A stretch of 64,000 nt of DNA from Treponema sp. UBA4692 (GCA_002404895.1 DHKO01000012.1:4336-68335); one strand, 5' to 3'; shown: positions 25,756 through 36,897, counted from the first letter of the stretch. Translations and numbers: made by a program. Notes: generated by a model not told the origin, from the sequence alone.

Positions 25756-25842
25756 CTTACTCCTCCCTTTTTAAAGATTAAGTCAAAAGTTCCGTTAGGT
25801 CAAGTTTTTTCTATTATAATGGAAAACAAACAACTTTTCAGG

Positions 25843-26685
25843 CTACTTTCTGCGCAAGAATTTCTTCAAGAAACTTGTCACGCCCTCGGAAGTTCCGTCA
25901 TCATTTTTTTCGATTCTGCCGACAATGTGCTTTATGCACTGCGCGGGCTTTGAAGTCGGATTCACAACAATAAACGGCTTTTGGCGGATTACAGAAGCCT
26001 GCACAACAGGGTCGTCATAGACAAAGCCGATGTAATCGACTTTTTTGTTCAGAAACTGCGCGACAATATTGATAATCCGCTCAGAAATTCGCTTTCCCTC
26101 GTCCGCAGAATGAACGCGGTTCACAAGAAGCCTGATATTTGTCTCGCGGTCAACAAGCTCTGTCGTTATGATTTTTATGATTCCGTATGCGTCAGTGATT
26201 GCGGTTGGCTCAGGAGTTGTAACGACATAGACTTCATCAGCGGCGGCGACAAACTGAAGAACATTGTTCGCGATTCCAGCTCCAGTGTCGATTATGATTA
26301 TGTCGGCGTTTCCAAGCTGTGAAAACTGCTTCGCAAAATAATCAAGCTCCTCGACAGAAAGATTCGCAATCTTTGAAAATCCGTTCGCGCCTGCGATAAA
26401 TTTTATTCCGAATTCGGTCTCGGTTATGATTTCCTGCATCGTCTTCTGGCGGTTAATCACCTGCATTAAGTTATACTGAGGAACGATGTTCATAAGAACA
26501 TTCACGTTCGCCATTCCCAAGTCTCCGTCAATAAGGATAACTTTTTTGCCTTGCTGAGCGTAGGCAATCGCCATATTTACTGCAAGATTAGACTTTCCCA
26601 CGCCGCCCTTTCCGCTCGTAATCGCAATAATCCGCGTCTTGTGGTTGGACATCATCTCTTTGAGTTCCTGTGCCTGATCTTCCAT
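25843..26685 (-). CDS. flhG: FlhG/FleN MinD-like ATPase
   Basis: SGKGGVGKS, PEPTAITDAY; follows flhF. Confidence 0.92.
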   Translation of the reverse strand: MEDQAQELKEMMSNHKTRIIAITSGKGGVGKSNLAVNMAIAYAQQGKKVILIDGDLGMANVNVLMNIVPQYNLMQVINRQKTMQEIITETEFGIKFIAGANGFSKIANLSVEELDYFAKQFSQLGNADIIIIDTGAGIANNVLQFVAAADEVYVVTTPEPTAITDAYGIIKIITTELVDRETNIRLLVNRVHSADEGKRISERIINIVAQFLNKKVDYIGFVYDDPVVQASVIRQKPFIVVNPTSKPAQCIKHIVGRIEKNDDGTSEGVTSFLKKFLRRK

Positions 26686-26687
26686 AA

Positions 26688-27977
26688 TTATTTATCCTCC
26701 GGAAACTTTTCGTCTATGTAGGCTCTGTCAACTTTGTCAAAATCATCAAGAAATGTCAGAAAACGCAAAACAGAAGCGTTCTCGATTTTTCTTGGAACTT
26801 GCTGGCCGTCGGTTATGTAGGAAACCGATTTTTCTTTCTTTGAAAGAACGCTTATCACATTTCCAATCGCAGAAGTCTCGTCCCATTTTGTGATTATGAC
26901 TGAATTGTAATTGCAGTTCTCGTAATTTCTTATAATCGACATCAAGTCACGCGCTTTTGTTGCGGCAGAAAAAGCCAGATAGACATCAGGATGAATTCCC
27001 TTGACTTCAAGAACTTTCCGCATTTTTCCGATATTCTCTGAATCGTTAGGACTGTAGCCAGGCGTATCGATGAAAAGCACATCGAGCTTGTCCTTGTATT
27101 CCTCGAAAATCTTCTTGACATCATCTGAGCTTTCCGCCTTGTAGACATCAATCATCAGGATGTCGCCAAAACGGCGGAGCTGCTCTTCCGCGCCCACACG
27201 CGTATGGTCAATTGTAATCATTTTTATTGCAGGCTTCGGCTGATTTTTATCCTTCGCTTCCTTTATCAAAGTTCCTGCCATTTTAGCGATTGTCGTGGTT
27301 TTTCCGACTCCTGTAGGTCCGACAAGAATAATCACGTGCGGATATTTGTACGGAATGTTCGGAGTGATTTTTATTGACTCGCCAATCCAAGTGAAAACTG
27401 TTTTCTGCACGAATTCAGAGTCTCCGAGCTGCTCCATTGTGAGTTCGGAGCGTAATCGAGTCGTTATCTTGTTTATGTACTCAAAAGTGAATTCATTTTT
27501 CTGCAGAATATCTTCAATTTCAGCGATTGAAGCAGGCTTGTCGGCAGCCTTTGTCGCCTGAATCAGAAGATTCATTTTTTCATCAAGAGTTTTCTGCGTC
27601 TCCTCGAGTTTTTTGTCAATCATCGAAAGCTGCATCACATTTGTAACGCTGCCGTTTCCCGTCATATTCGACAAAATCTCGTCGCGGCTTTTCTGAAACG
27701 CGTCAGACGAAGAAGAAATCGGCTTAGGATTAGGAATGTAGCGGACTTCAACGGTCTCTTTCTGCCCCCAGCCGAAAAAACCGCCTTTCAATGACTGCTT
27801 CTGTCCGGTGATTTTATAGTTCGTGCCGTAAAGATTGTAGAGCTTCGCCTTGCAGTCCTCCAGGCTTTTCCCTTCGATTTTTTTTTCTTCCTCTTCGGAA
27901 TCCTGCAAATAGTAAGGGCTTCTGCCTGATATTCTTGAGACGGCTTGATTTCCAGAGCTGATTCTATCGTTATACAT
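26688..27977 (-). CDS. flhF: Flagellar SRP-type GTPase FlhF
   Basis: GPTGVGKTTTIAK, DTPG, TKWDET, GQQVP. Confidence 0.92.
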   Translation of the reverse strand: MYNDRISSGNQAVSRISGRSPYYLQDSEEEEKKIEGKSLEDCKAKLYNLYGTNYKITGQKQSLKGGFFGWGQKETVEVRYIPNPKPISSSSDAFQKSRDEILSNMTGNGSVTNVMQLSMIDKKLEETQKTLDEKMNLLIQATKAADKPASIAEIEDILQKNEFTFEYINKITTRLRSELTMEQLGDSEFVQKTVFTWIGESIKITPNIPYKYPHVIILVGPTGVGKTTTIAKMAGTLIKEAKDKNQPKPAIKMITIDHTRVGAEEQLRRFGDILMIDVYKAESSDDVKKIFEEYKDKLDVLFIDTPGYSPNDSENIGKMRKVLEVKGIHPDVYLAFSAATKARDLMSIIRNYENCNYNSVIITKWDETSAIGNVISVLSKKEKSVSYITDGQQVPRKIENASVLRFLTFLDDFDKVDRAYIDEKFPEDK

Positions 27978-30120
27978 TTATTTCTCCAAGTATTTCAAGT
28001 TTTACATTCCGTCCAGCCGCCATAACCTCATTGATTGAAAGAACAACAGTTCCAGGCATTTCAAAGTCAATCGAAGAGCGCACAAGCGGTCTGACCGAGC
28101 CATCACACAAAATTATTGGCAGATAGTTTTTTTCTTTCACAGCGACAATCGCAGAACTGAGCGCGTTCACCCACCGTCTGTTGTCAACAGGATCAAAAGC
28201 GACTTTCGGCTCGCTTCCGTCTGACGGCGTAAAGCTGTGCTGCAGAATCATTTCCGAAGCCGACTGCGAAAGCTGCAAAACGCTCAAAGTCTTGCTAGTC
28301 TCGTCGTCAACATACTGAAGACAAATCTGAAGCCCCAAAGCCTCGCGCACTTTCTCGATTAAATGCCACGTGTTCTTTGGAAGATTTCCGAAGTTTGCAA
28401 GCGTTTCAAGAATAATCACAATATTTCTGATGGAAACTCTTTCACGCAAAAGCCCCTGAAGAACTTTCTCGATGTCGCCGTAAGTGTACTTGTAAGTGTT
28501 GAGAACTTCGTCAACAACAACAGGATTCTTTTCCTTGACAGCATCGATAATCGCCTTTGTCTCAAGACGCCCGAGAATTTCAGCCGCGTGCGACTTGATT
28601 ATTTCCGTCAAATGCGTCGCGATGATTGTCGGCGGGTCAACAACAGCGTAGCCTGCATTTTCAGCGTCCGCGCGGTTCTCCTCGCTCACCCAGATTGCAG
28701 GAAGCCCAAAAGTCGGGTCGTGCGTAGGCTCGCCTTTTATCTCCTCGGTTACGTTTCCTGTGTTCATGCACATATAATATCCGAGCTTGATTCTAGCCCT
28801 GCCTGCCTCAATTCCACGGATTTTAAAGCTGTATTCATCTGGATTAAGCTGCATATTGTCGATAATTCTGATTTTTGGAACAACGAGACCTAAGTCAACA
28901 GCCATCTCGCGCCTGATTCTTGTAACGCGCTCGAGAAGCTCCGCGCCGTTCTCCTTGTTCACAAGAGGAATAAGCGCGTAGCCAAGCTCAAGACAAAGCG
29001 GGTCAAGCGGAGCGACAGGGCTTGCATCTCCGTTCTCGCTAGACTGCTTGTTTTTTGATTTCTGCTCTTCCTCAAGTTTTTTCGCGAAAGAAGTTTTCTG
29101 CCTGCGCACAAGCAAATATCCGTAAAAAACAAAAAGCGCGCCAATCGGAAGCAAGAGATACCACGGAAAACTCGGAATCAAACTCATAAGCGCAAGCGTA
29201 ATTCCGGTTATAATAAAGACATATCCAGAGCCTGTGAACTGCTTCTTAATCTGCTCGCCCAAGACCTCATCGTTGGAAGAATTTCCCGTTACAATCAAGC
29301 CGGTCGCAAAAGAAAGCAAAAGAGAAGGAAGCTGCCCCAAAAGACCGTCGCCGATTGTAAGGCGCGAATAAGTTCCGGCAGCCTCGCCCACGCCCATATT
29401 TCCGATTGCGACTCCAGTTATGATTCCCGCAACCAAGTCAATCACAGTGATGAAAATTCCGGCCTTTACGTTTCCGCTCACAAATTTGCTCGCACCGTCC
29501 ATGCTCGAGTAAAAATCGATGTCGCGCTGAATCGAAGCCTTTTTCTCACGCGCCTGCTCATCGGTTATGTATCCTGAATTCAGTTCAGAATCGACCGCGA
29601 AAAATTTCTGGTTCATCGCGTCCAAAGAAAATCTCGCGGCGACCTCAGAAACGCGCGTTGCGCCTTTTGTAATCACAATCACCTGAATAATAATCAAGAT
29701 GATAAAAATCACCATTCCGATTACAAGCCCGGTCGTTGAAGGATTGGAAATAGTGTCGCCTGTTACTATAGAAGAAAAAGCTTTCAGCATATTTCCCGGA
29801 AAATTCGCATATCCGGTCGCAGAAGCCCGAGTCAAAATCAGCCTTGTGGAGCTTACGTTCAATGCAAGACCGTAAAGAGTCGCAAAAAGAAGAACGCGCG
29901 GAAAAACCGTAAAGTCAGAGGATTTTGGAGTGTAAAGAACAACAAGCAGGATAACGATGGAAAGAGCGATGTTGCAAATCATCAAAACGTCCAAAAAAAC
30001 TCCCGGAACTGGAAGCAAAAGCATCAGAACAATCACAATCGCAAAAGATGCGACTAGATGATTCTGGACATTTCCAAAATAATTTTTTAGACGGTTTCCC
30101 ACGCCTGCGTTATTAGCCAT
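27970..30120 (-). CDS. flhA: Flagellar export protein FlhA
   Basis: RVSEVAARFSLDAM, MDGASKFV, TIGDGL. Confidence 0.96.
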   Translation of the reverse strand: MANNAGVGNRLKNYFGNVQNHLVASFAIVIVLMLLLPVPGVFLDVLMICNIALSIVILLVVLYTPKSSDFTVFPRVLLFATLYGLALNVSSTRLILTRASATGYANFPGNMLKAFSSIVTGDTISNPSTTGLVIGMVIFIILIIIQVIVITKGATRVSEVAARFSLDAMNQKFFAVDSELNSGYITDEQAREKKASIQRDIDFYSSMDGASKFVSGNVKAGIFITVIDLVAGIITGVAIGNMGVGEAAGTYSRLTIGDGLLGQLPSLLLSFATGLIVTGNSSNDEVLGEQIKKQFTGSGYVFIITGITLALMSLIPSFPWYLLLPIGALFVFYGYLLVRRQKTSFAKKLEEEQKSKNKQSSENGDASPVAPLDPLCLELGYALIPLVNKENGAELLERVTRIRREMAVDLGLVVPKIRIIDNMQLNPDEYSFKIRGIEAGRARIKLGYYMCMNTGNVTEEIKGEPTHDPTFGLPAIWVSEENRADAENAGYAVVDPPTIIATHLTEIIKSHAAEILGRLETKAIIDAVKEKNPVVVDEVLNTYKYTYGDIEKVLQGLLRERVSIRNIVIILETLANFGNLPKNTWHLIEKVREALGLQICLQYVDDETSKTLSVLQLSQSASEMILQHSFTPSDGSEPKVAFDPVDNRRWVNALSSAIVAVKEKNYLPIILCDGSVRPLVRSSIDFEMPGTVVLSINEVMAAGRNVKLEILGEINV

Positions 30121-30141
30121 TTAAATCCCCACCCAAACAGC

Positions 30142-31245
30142 TTACTTTTTGTTATTGTTGAACTTTTCCAAATGCGTATAGACAGCGGCAATTGCGCTGA
30201 AATAAGCACTAGGTATTGTATCACCGATTTCGGTTTCTGCATAGAGAGCGCGGGCTAAAGGGCGGTTTTCAACGATAGGAACATTGCTCTCCGCCGCCAA
30301 AGTCCTGATTCTGAAAGCCACCTCATCCGCGCCTTTTGCCATAACCTGCGGAGCATCGGCTTTCATCGCGTCATAAGCGAGAGCGACAGCAAAATGAGTA
30401 GGGTTTGTGATTACAACATCAGATTTTGCGACCTGCTGAGGCATATTCCGCTGCAGCATTTCGCGCTGAGCCTGCTGAAGATGAGCCTTCACGTCAGGGT
30501 CGCCTTCCATCTCCTTGTATTCCTGCTTGACCTCCTGCTTTGTCATCTTCATGCTTTCAAGAAACTGCTTTTTCTGCACGAGATAGTCAGGAACCGCAAT
30601 CACAAGGAAAAAGACTGCGCAGGTCAAAAGAATTTTCGCCGCAATCCAGCAAATTCCGCCGACAGCGTTATAGACGTTTCCGGCGTTCAAAGTCGCAAGA
30701 ATCTTCGAGACGTTAGATTTTATAATCAGAAAAGCAATCAGGCCGACAGCGAAAACCTTTATAAAGGACTTTGCAACGTTGAATCCGCCCTCAAAAGAAA
30801 AAAGCGTTTTTTTCAGATACTGGCCGAAACGAGGAAGAATCTTCGAGAACTGAGGCTCAATCGGCTTTGTCGAAAAAATAAATCCGCGGTTCTGGATTAT
30901 GTTCGAAAGAACCGCAGCCACTGCTCCGACAACAGCAAGCGGCAAAACCATTTTCGCAAGATTCAGCACAAAATGCGCGTAAAAACGCTTTTGAAGCATT
31001 TCAGGCTCGTTAATGTGCGTAAAATAAAAAACGAGAATCTCCTCGAGCCATCTCCAAAAATACGGCGCGGAAACAACGAGAACAATCGAAGTCGCAAGCA
31101 TCACAAGCGCGCCGCAAAGCTCCTGGCTTTTTGCAACCCGACCTTCCTCGCGGGCTTTTCGAAGCTTGTACTCCGAAGGCTCTTCTGTCCTGCCCTCGTC
31201 TTCAGCCGCAAACCACTGAAGGTCAATCTCATCGAACGGCATCAC
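30142..31245 (-). CDS. flhB: Flagellar export protein FlhB
   Basis: NPTHFAVAL autocleavage motif. Confidence 0.96.
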   Translation of the reverse strand: MMPFDEIDLQWFAAEDEGRTEEPSEYKLRKAREEGRVAKSQELCGALVMLATSIVLVVSAPYFWRWLEEILVFYFTHINEPEMLQKRFYAHFVLNLAKMVLPLAVVGAVAAVLSNIIQNRGFIFSTKPIEPQFSKILPRFGQYLKKTLFSFEGGFNVAKSFIKVFAVGLIAFLIIKSNVSKILATLNAGNVYNAVGGICWIAAKILLTCAVFFLVIAVPDYLVQKKQFLESMKMTKQEVKQEYKEMEGDPDVKAHLQQAQREMLQRNMPQQVAKSDVVITNPTHFAVALAYDAMKADAPQVMAKGADEVAFRIRTLAAESNVPIVENRPLARALYAETEIGDTIPSAYFSAIAAVYTHLEKFNNNKK

Positions 31246-32048
31246 GCGCCTCCCGACGAAAATGACGCAAAAAGATTTTCAAGATTGCGGAAGCCGATGC
31301 TTATCGCGCGCCCGAAAAAATCGCAGAGACTCGGCATCAAAGCCGCAATTATAAAGAAAGAAGTCAAAATCATAACCGGGAATCCCTCGCTCAAAAGATT
31401 CATCTGAGGTGCCGCCTTTGAAAGAATTCCCATCGTAACAGAAATAAGGCACAAAACGCCCATTATCGGAAGCGCAATTATAAAAGCGTCAGCAAACAAG
31501 TCCGTAAGCCCTGAAAGCAAGAATTTTACGACAGACTCCTGCGCCGACAGGAACGAAATCGCGTTCAAAGACCTGAAGCTTGAAATAAAAGCCCGTCCAA
31601 AAAGAATCTGCGCCCAGTCCGACTGCAAAAAGACAAGCATTGCGACAAGGTTAAAAAACTGGCCCATAAGAGGATTTTCAACCTGGCTCAAGGCATCGTA
31701 AACTTCAGAAGCCGAAAATCCCATCTGAAAAGCGAAGAACTGGCCGGCCGTTGAAAAAGCGGAAAAAATAAGGCTCGCATAGAATCCCATCAGAATTCCA
31801 ATCAAGCCCTCGCCAATAATAAGCATTACATAAGAAACTGAAAAAGCTCCATTTTCACCAAAATACGGAGCATAAACAGACAAGTCAACATGCGGAAGAA
31901 CGATAAACGCGATATAGCCGGAAAGAGCGAGCTTCGCCATTTTTGAGACAGAGCGAATCGAAAAAAGAGGAAGCGTCATTATGACCGCGAAGCAGCGCAC
32001 ATAAATCAGAAGATAAGCAGGCGCGCCCGCCAAAATTCTCTCCAGCAT
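31242..32048 (-). CDS. fliR: Flagellar export protein FliR
   Basis: AGQFFAFQMGF, APQMNL. Confidence 0.93.
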   Translation of the reverse strand: MLERILAGAPAYLLIYVRCFAVIMTLPLFSIRSVSKMAKLALSGYIAFIVLPHVDLSVYAPYFGENGAFSVSYVMLIIGEGLIGILMGFYASLIFSAFSTAGQFFAFQMGFSASEVYDALSQVENPLMGQFFNLVAMLVFLQSDWAQILFGRAFISSFRSLNAISFLSAQESVVKFLLSGLTDLFADAFIIALPIMGVLCLISVTMGILSKAAPQMNLLSEGFPVMILTSFFIIAALMPSLCDFFGRAISIGFRNLENLFASFSSGGA

Positions 32049-32060
32049 CGAAAAAGGCGC

Positions 32061-32330
32061 CTACCTTGCAAGCTGAGGAATCTGCGAAAAAAGATTCACC
32101 GTGTAATTTGAAAGCATCGAAAACATCCAGCCGCCAATCAGCGCAAGCACAATCAAAATCACAAGCATTTTCGGAAGAAAAGTCAAAGTCTGCTCCTGAA
32201 TCGAAGTTGTCGCCTGAAAAATCGCGACAATCAGACCGACAATCAAAGCCGCGCCAAGAACAGGAGCGCACAAAATAAACACTTGAAAAACCGCGCCGCG
32301 CATAAGATTAACAATCATTCCAAGACTCAT
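32061..32330 (-). CDS. fliQ: Flagellar export protein FliQ
   Basis: FQATTSIQEQTLTFLPK. Confidence 0.96.
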   Translation of the reverse strand: MSLGMIVNLMRGAVFQVFILCAPVLGAALIVGLIVAIFQATTSIQEQTLTFLPKMLVILIVLALIGGWMFSMLSNYTVNLFSQIPQLAR

Positions 32331-32425
32331 TTTTTCTCCTCGCTTCTAAATTCCAAATTCAAAATCAGCCAAAAGCATTCGCCGCTCGTTTCGAGAAAAT
32401 GCAAAACAATGCCCCGAACTTTTTA

Positions 32426-33307
32426 TTATCTTACAATCGAGACAAAAAGCTGCTGCGTCAAAAGCCCCCAGCCGTCAACCAGAACAAAAAGCATCAACTT
32501 AAACGGCATCGAAATCTGAACAGGAGGAAGCATCATCATTCCCATGCTCATCAGAATCGAAGCCACAACCATGTCAATCACGATAAACGGAATATACAAA
32601 AAAACGCCGATTTTAAATGCGACCGTAAGCTCGTGCAGAATATACGCCGGAACAATTATGTAAGTCGGAATGTCCTCCGGCCCGTTCGGAGAAGGAAGAT
32701 TCGCCATCTGCAAAAAAGAAGAGATATATTTTGACTGCATGCTTCCATCGCTCGCCTGAGTCACAGTCTGCTTAAGCATGAATTCCCGAAGCGGAGCCTC
32801 GGCTTCCCTGTAAGCCTGCTCGATCCCAATCTGACCATCGGAAAGCGGCTTTATGGAATTTCCGTAAATCGTCCTAAAAACCGGAAACATAACAAAAATC
32901 GTCATGAAAAGCGCGATTCCGTTCAAAACCGAAGTCGGCGGAACCTGCTGCAAGGAAAGCGCGCGCTTTATAAAGTCCAGAACAATCGAAAAACGAAGAA
33001 AACAGGTCGTCAAAATCAGAATGCTAGGCGCGAGAGTGAGAACCGTAAGCAAAAGCAAGACTTGCACGCTGAACGCGACTTCATTTCCTGAGCGCGGCTG
33101 CGTAATGCTTATGTCAACGTTCGGAACATTAAGGCCGCGCACATTTCCGTTCATTTCAGTTGTGCCTTGAGCCGAGCCGCCAGGAAAATTTCTATTCTGC
33201 GAGCTTTGCGCAAAAACCGGCGACGAAAAAATCAAAATCAGAAAAGAAACAAAAGCGAGTTTTTTTAGATTTTTTACCAGCCGAAGATTTTTTTCCATTT
33301 TACTCAC
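32426..33307 (-). CDS. fliP: Flagellar export protein FliP
   Basis: MGMMMLPP..PFKLMLFVLVDGW. Confidence 0.96.
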   Translation of the reverse strand: MSKMEKNLRLVKNLKKLAFVSFLILIFSSPVFAQSSQNRNFPGGSAQGTTEMNGNVRGLNVPNVDISITQPRSGNEVAFSVQVLLLLTVLTLAPSILILTTCFLRFSIVLDFIKRALSLQQVPPTSVLNGIALFMTIFVMFPVFRTIYGNSIKPLSDGQIGIEQAYREAEAPLREFMLKQTVTQASDGSMQSKYISSFLQMANLPSPNGPEDIPTYIIVPAYILHELTVAFKIGVFLYIPFIVIDMVVASILMSMGMMMLPPVQISMPFKLMLFVLVDGWGLLTQQLFVSIVR

Positions 33308-33989
33308 CTCTGTTGAACCTGTCGCGCTGGTTTTTCAGCATATCGGAAGCGTGCCTTGCGCTGTCAGAAAATGCGCCGCTGTTTTTTGAGCCTTTCGCAA
33401 GGAACAAGTCCAAGACATCGGCAAAAGATTTCGGCTTGCTCACATTCTGATTCTTGTCCGCAATCAGATTCAGCGAATCGACCAGCTCCTTGTCCTTGAT
33501 TTCAGCAAGGAGATTTATGTTGTTGTCAGTAACTCCAATCAGATAAGCATTTTCAAGCAAAGTAACAATTTGGACTGACTTTCCAGCCCCGATTGAAATC
33601 TGCGCGACTTTCCGCAAAAAAGAGTCGTCAGAATCGGCAAATCCGCTGTTTTTTCTGAAAATTTTCACGACAAAATAGACAAGCGCAATCACAACCAGAA
33701 GCGAAATCACCATGCGGAGAAAAAGACCGAAGCTCGACGGAGAACGGCTCTGGTTTTCAGATGCTGAAACGCTCCAGTAAGGAGCCTGATTTTGTCCGTT
33801 CTGCTGATTTTGCGAGCCTTCCGAATTCGCTCCGCCTTTTTCAGAAGCTTCTATTTTGCTTGAATTTGAATTAGATGAATTATCAGAAAGACTGTTCTGC
33901 GCGAAAGAAACTCCGCAAAGAAAAAATAGAAAAACAAGGACAGCCGCCATTATTTTTCCAAAAGAGAATGTTTTTGTCATTTTTTCCAC
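33300..33989 (-). CDS. fliO: Flagellar protein FliO/FliZ
   Basis: TM plus YLIGVTDNNINLL; upstream of fliP. Confidence 0.8.
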   Translation of the reverse strand: MEKMTKTFSFGKIMAAVLVFLFFLCGVSFAQNSLSDNSSNSNSSKIEASEKGGANSEGSQNQQNGQNQAPYWSVSASENQSRSPSSFGLFLRMVISLLVVIALVYFVVKIFRKNSGFADSDDSFLRKVAQISIGAGKSVQIVTLLENAYLIGVTDNNINLLAEIKDKELVDSLNLIADKNQNVSKPKSFADVLDLFLAKGSKNSGAFSDSARHASDMLKNQRDRFNRGE

Positions 33990-34103
33990 CCATTTTTGAC
34001 AATAGGCAGATTATAACAAAAAAAAATGCACCTGTCGAATACTTTTTGCAAGCAGCGGCAAGCGCATTTTTTATTATTCTATGAAAAAATGTTTATTCAA
34101 CGC

Positions 34104-35282
34104 TTAGTGAAGATTGCTCACGCGCTCGGCTGGAGAAAGAATCTCCGTAACACGGACACCGAAGTTCTCATCGATTACGACAACCTCGCCTTTCGCAATC
34201 GGCTTGTGGTTCACGAGGATGTCAACCGGCTCGCCGGCAAGCTTGTCAAGCTCGATGATTGTCCCCTCGCCCATTCCCAAAATTTCCTTAATCTGCTTCT
34301 TTGTGCGGCCAAGTTCTACGGTCATCTCCATGTTTACATCCATGATAAGACCGATATTTCCCTGCTCAGTGCTAGGAACAGCTCCGCCGACAAGATTCGG
34401 GTACTGGAGCGACTGGACGGTTGGAGTATTCATTCCCATCTGCTGCGCGCCCATCATCGGCTGCTGCTGGAAGCCTCCCATTCCCATTCCGTTCATCATT
34501 GGCTGCTGATAGCCGTTCATATTGTTCATATTCATCGCGCCCATCATCGGCTGCTGCTGGAAACCGCCGTTTCCCATCTGCTGTCCGCCTGCAAGATTCG
34601 CCATTGAAGCCATGTCCTGAGCGTTCAAGGCTCCGCCGGAAGCAGAAGTCTGCTCGCCGCCGCCCAAAGCTTTTGCAATTCCGTTCGCGACATCGCTTGA
34701 AACAGCCTCCCACATTGTGTAAGCCTGTCCGTCAAGCGTGAAAGGATAAGAAAAAAGCGCGAAAGTCCCCTGCGGAATTCTCACCATCGCCTTTGGAACG
34801 TGAACCGCTTCAGGAGGATTTGCCGCAAGCCCTGCGATTGACTTAAGTTCTGTGATTTCAGCTCCCGAATGTGTCGAGACAAATTCGCCGATTACAGAAA
34901 GAGCCATGTCGTCAAGCTCCGCGTTGTCCTCTTTATTTACAAGACCTGTGATTTTCTGCGCAAATTCAGGAGGAAGAAGAACGAGATGGTCGCCTTTCAA
35001 GCCCGCATTAAAGTCAGCCATTACAGCAACCACCATTTCTGGCAATTTTGCAAGAAGCTGGTCTCTTCCCATAGACTCAACAGTAGGATTTCCAGCGGTG
35101 AAAGCCGCGCCTGTCATCGAGTTGAGATTTGCGACGCATTTTTCCTTCATTGAATCCGCAAATTTTTCAAGCGTAGCTGTATCGATTTTGACATTGGAAG
35201 ATGATCCTGATGAAAGACCTCCCATGTCCACATTTTTCAACAATGCATCGATTTCGTCCTGAGATATTGTTCCATCACTCAT
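34104..35282 (-). CDS. fliY: Flagellar switch protein FliY/FliN
   Basis: ISQDEIDALL, CheC-like middle, FliN C-terminus ELDKLAGEPVD; QQQPMMG linker repeats. Confidence 0.92.
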   Translation of the reverse strand: MSDGTISQDEIDALLKNVDMGGLSSGSSSNVKIDTATLEKFADSMKEKCVANLNSMTGAAFTAGNPTVESMGRDQLLAKLPEMVVAVMADFNAGLKGDHLVLLPPEFAQKITGLVNKEDNAELDDMALSVIGEFVSTHSGAEITELKSIAGLAANPPEAVHVPKAMVRIPQGTFALFSYPFTLDGQAYTMWEAVSSDVANGIAKALGGGEQTSASGGALNAQDMASMANLAGGQQMGNGGFQQQPMMGAMNMNNMNGYQQPMMNGMGMGGFQQQPMMGAQQMGMNTPTVQSLQYPNLVGGAVPSTEQGNIGLIMDVNMEMTVELGRTKKQIKEILGMGEGTIIELDKLAGEPVDILVNHKPIAKGEVVVIDENFGVRVTEILSPAERVSNLH

Positions 35283-36309
35283 AAGATTCATCTCCTTCAA
35301 CGGATAATTCTTCAAAATCGTCAGATTCGTTCTGCTTCATTTTGCCGATAATCTGCACAGCCATTTTTTTGCCGACAACACCTGGCTGGCAGTAAAATTT
35401 CTTCTCGTTTCCAACGCTAAGCGCGAGCGGGTCGCCTACTCTCACGGTCGAAAGACGGATGATGTCTCCGGCGCGGAGCGAAAGCACATCGCGAATTGGA
35501 ATGTTTATTGTGCCGATTTCAGCGACAACGTCCATATCGACATCGGAAAGCTTTTCCTTCAAAGTGCCGAGATACTGCGTTGTCGAGCTTCTTCTTACAG
35601 AACTGAACCAGAACTGTGAAGAAAGCTTCGAGACAATCGGCTCGATTGTGAGATAAGGAATACAGAAATTCATCATTCCTTCCTCGTCTCCAATTTTTGT
35701 CTCAAGCGTAACAAGAACGACCATTTCAGACGGAGGAACAATCGAAGCGAACTGAGGATTTGTCTCAATCTGGCCGAGACGCGGCCGCAAGTCGATAACC
35801 TGAGTCCATGCCTCGCGCATATTCGCCAAGATTCTGACGATAATTCCTTCCATTACGGACTGCTCAATGTCAGTCAAGTCGCGGCTGACCTTCGCCCCCT
35901 GCCCTGTTCCGCCGAACAATCGGTCAATAATGCTGAACGTGATTGCAGGATCGATTTCAAGGACTGCGTTTCCCTTTAAAGGATCCATATTGATTACAGC
36001 AAGCGTTGTAGGTGTCGGAATCGAGCGGATAAACTCCTCGTAAGTGAGCTGATCCACCGAAGCCACATGAACGTGTACAAGCGACCGCAGCTGAGCTGAG
36101 AGAGATGTTGTTGTAAGACGCGCAAAAGTCTCGTGCATGATTTGAACAGTCCTGATTTGCTCCTTTGAGAACTTGTCCGGACGCTTGAAATCATAAATCT
36201 TAATTTTGCGTGTGTCGCTAACAGGCTTGAAATCGTCAGCCCCGGACTCGCCGGTGCTTATGGCTTGCAAAAGCTGGTCAATTTCATCCTGTGACAGAAC
36301 CTCGTTCAT
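35275..36309 (-). CDS. fliM: Flagellar switch protein FliM
   Basis: LSQDEIDQLL, YDFKRPDKFSKEQ. Confidence 0.97.
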   Translation of the reverse strand: MNEVLSQDEIDQLLQAISTGESGADDFKPVSDTRKIKIYDFKRPDKFSKEQIRTVQIMHETFARLTTTSLSAQLRSLVHVHVASVDQLTYEEFIRSIPTPTTLAVINMDPLKGNAVLEIDPAITFSIIDRLFGGTGQGAKVSRDLTDIEQSVMEGIIVRILANMREAWTQVIDLRPRLGQIETNPQFASIVPPSEMVVLVTLETKIGDEEGMMNFCIPYLTIEPIVSKLSSQFWFSSVRRSSTTQYLGTLKEKLSDVDMDVVAEIGTINIPIRDVLSLRAGDIIRLSTVRVGDPLALSVGNEKKFYCQPGVVGKKMAVQIIGKMKQNESDDFEELSVEGDESYE

Positions 36310-36345
36310 GTCTTTCCTTCCACCTTTTTATAGCTAATCGCCTTT

Positions 36346-36897
36346 CTACTGCTGGATTACATCCAGTGTCAAAAAGCGCACATCTTTTATCTTTGAAGAG
36401 CTGAGAATCGAGTCATTAATCGCATTGCGGATTTCAATCTTAAGATTCTCCTCGTTCTGCGGACGAAGCTCCTCTGCTGTCTTCTGAGTAAAATATCGGC
36501 GCAAAAAGTCCTTGAGTTCAACAGTTCTTTGGGTAATTTCTGTTGAGGTCGCCTTGTCTTCTTTCTTGTAGCCAAGAACAACGTCAACGCGCACAGAAGC
36601 AGGATTCGCCTCCATTGTTTTTGTCTGAATAACGCCAAGAGATGTGTACCAGTCCAAAATCTCGCGTGTCGGCGTGTAGTCCTCAGTCATGAGAATTGAA
36701 GACGGCGCGCCGGAATTGTTTCCGCCAGCAACTTTTGTTGTGATTATAACAACAGTAACAATGAGTATAACGGCTCCAAGACCTATTGCGACCCATTTTA
36801 AAAGTCCGGGGATAAGAAGACCTTTTTTGCCTTTGGCAGAAGCCGAAGCATCTGCGCCGCTATCATCAAGACCTAAACCATCATCTTCATCTGCCAT
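36346..36897 (-). CDS. fliL: Flagellar protein FliL
   Basis: Single TM; between motB and fliM. Confidence 0.88.
   Translation of the reverse strand: MADEDDGLGLDDSGADASASAKGKKGLLIPGLLKWVAIGLGAVILIVTVVIITTKVAGGNNSGAPSSILMTEDYTPTREILDWYTSLGVIQTKTMEANPASVRVDVVLGYKKEDKATSTEITQRTVELKDFLRRYFTQKTAEELRPQNEENLKIEIRNAINDSILSSSKIKDVRFLTLDVIQQ

Noticed and set aside
34440..34565. Direct repeat in fliY
   Set aside because: Encodes the ordinary low-complexity QQQPMMG linker
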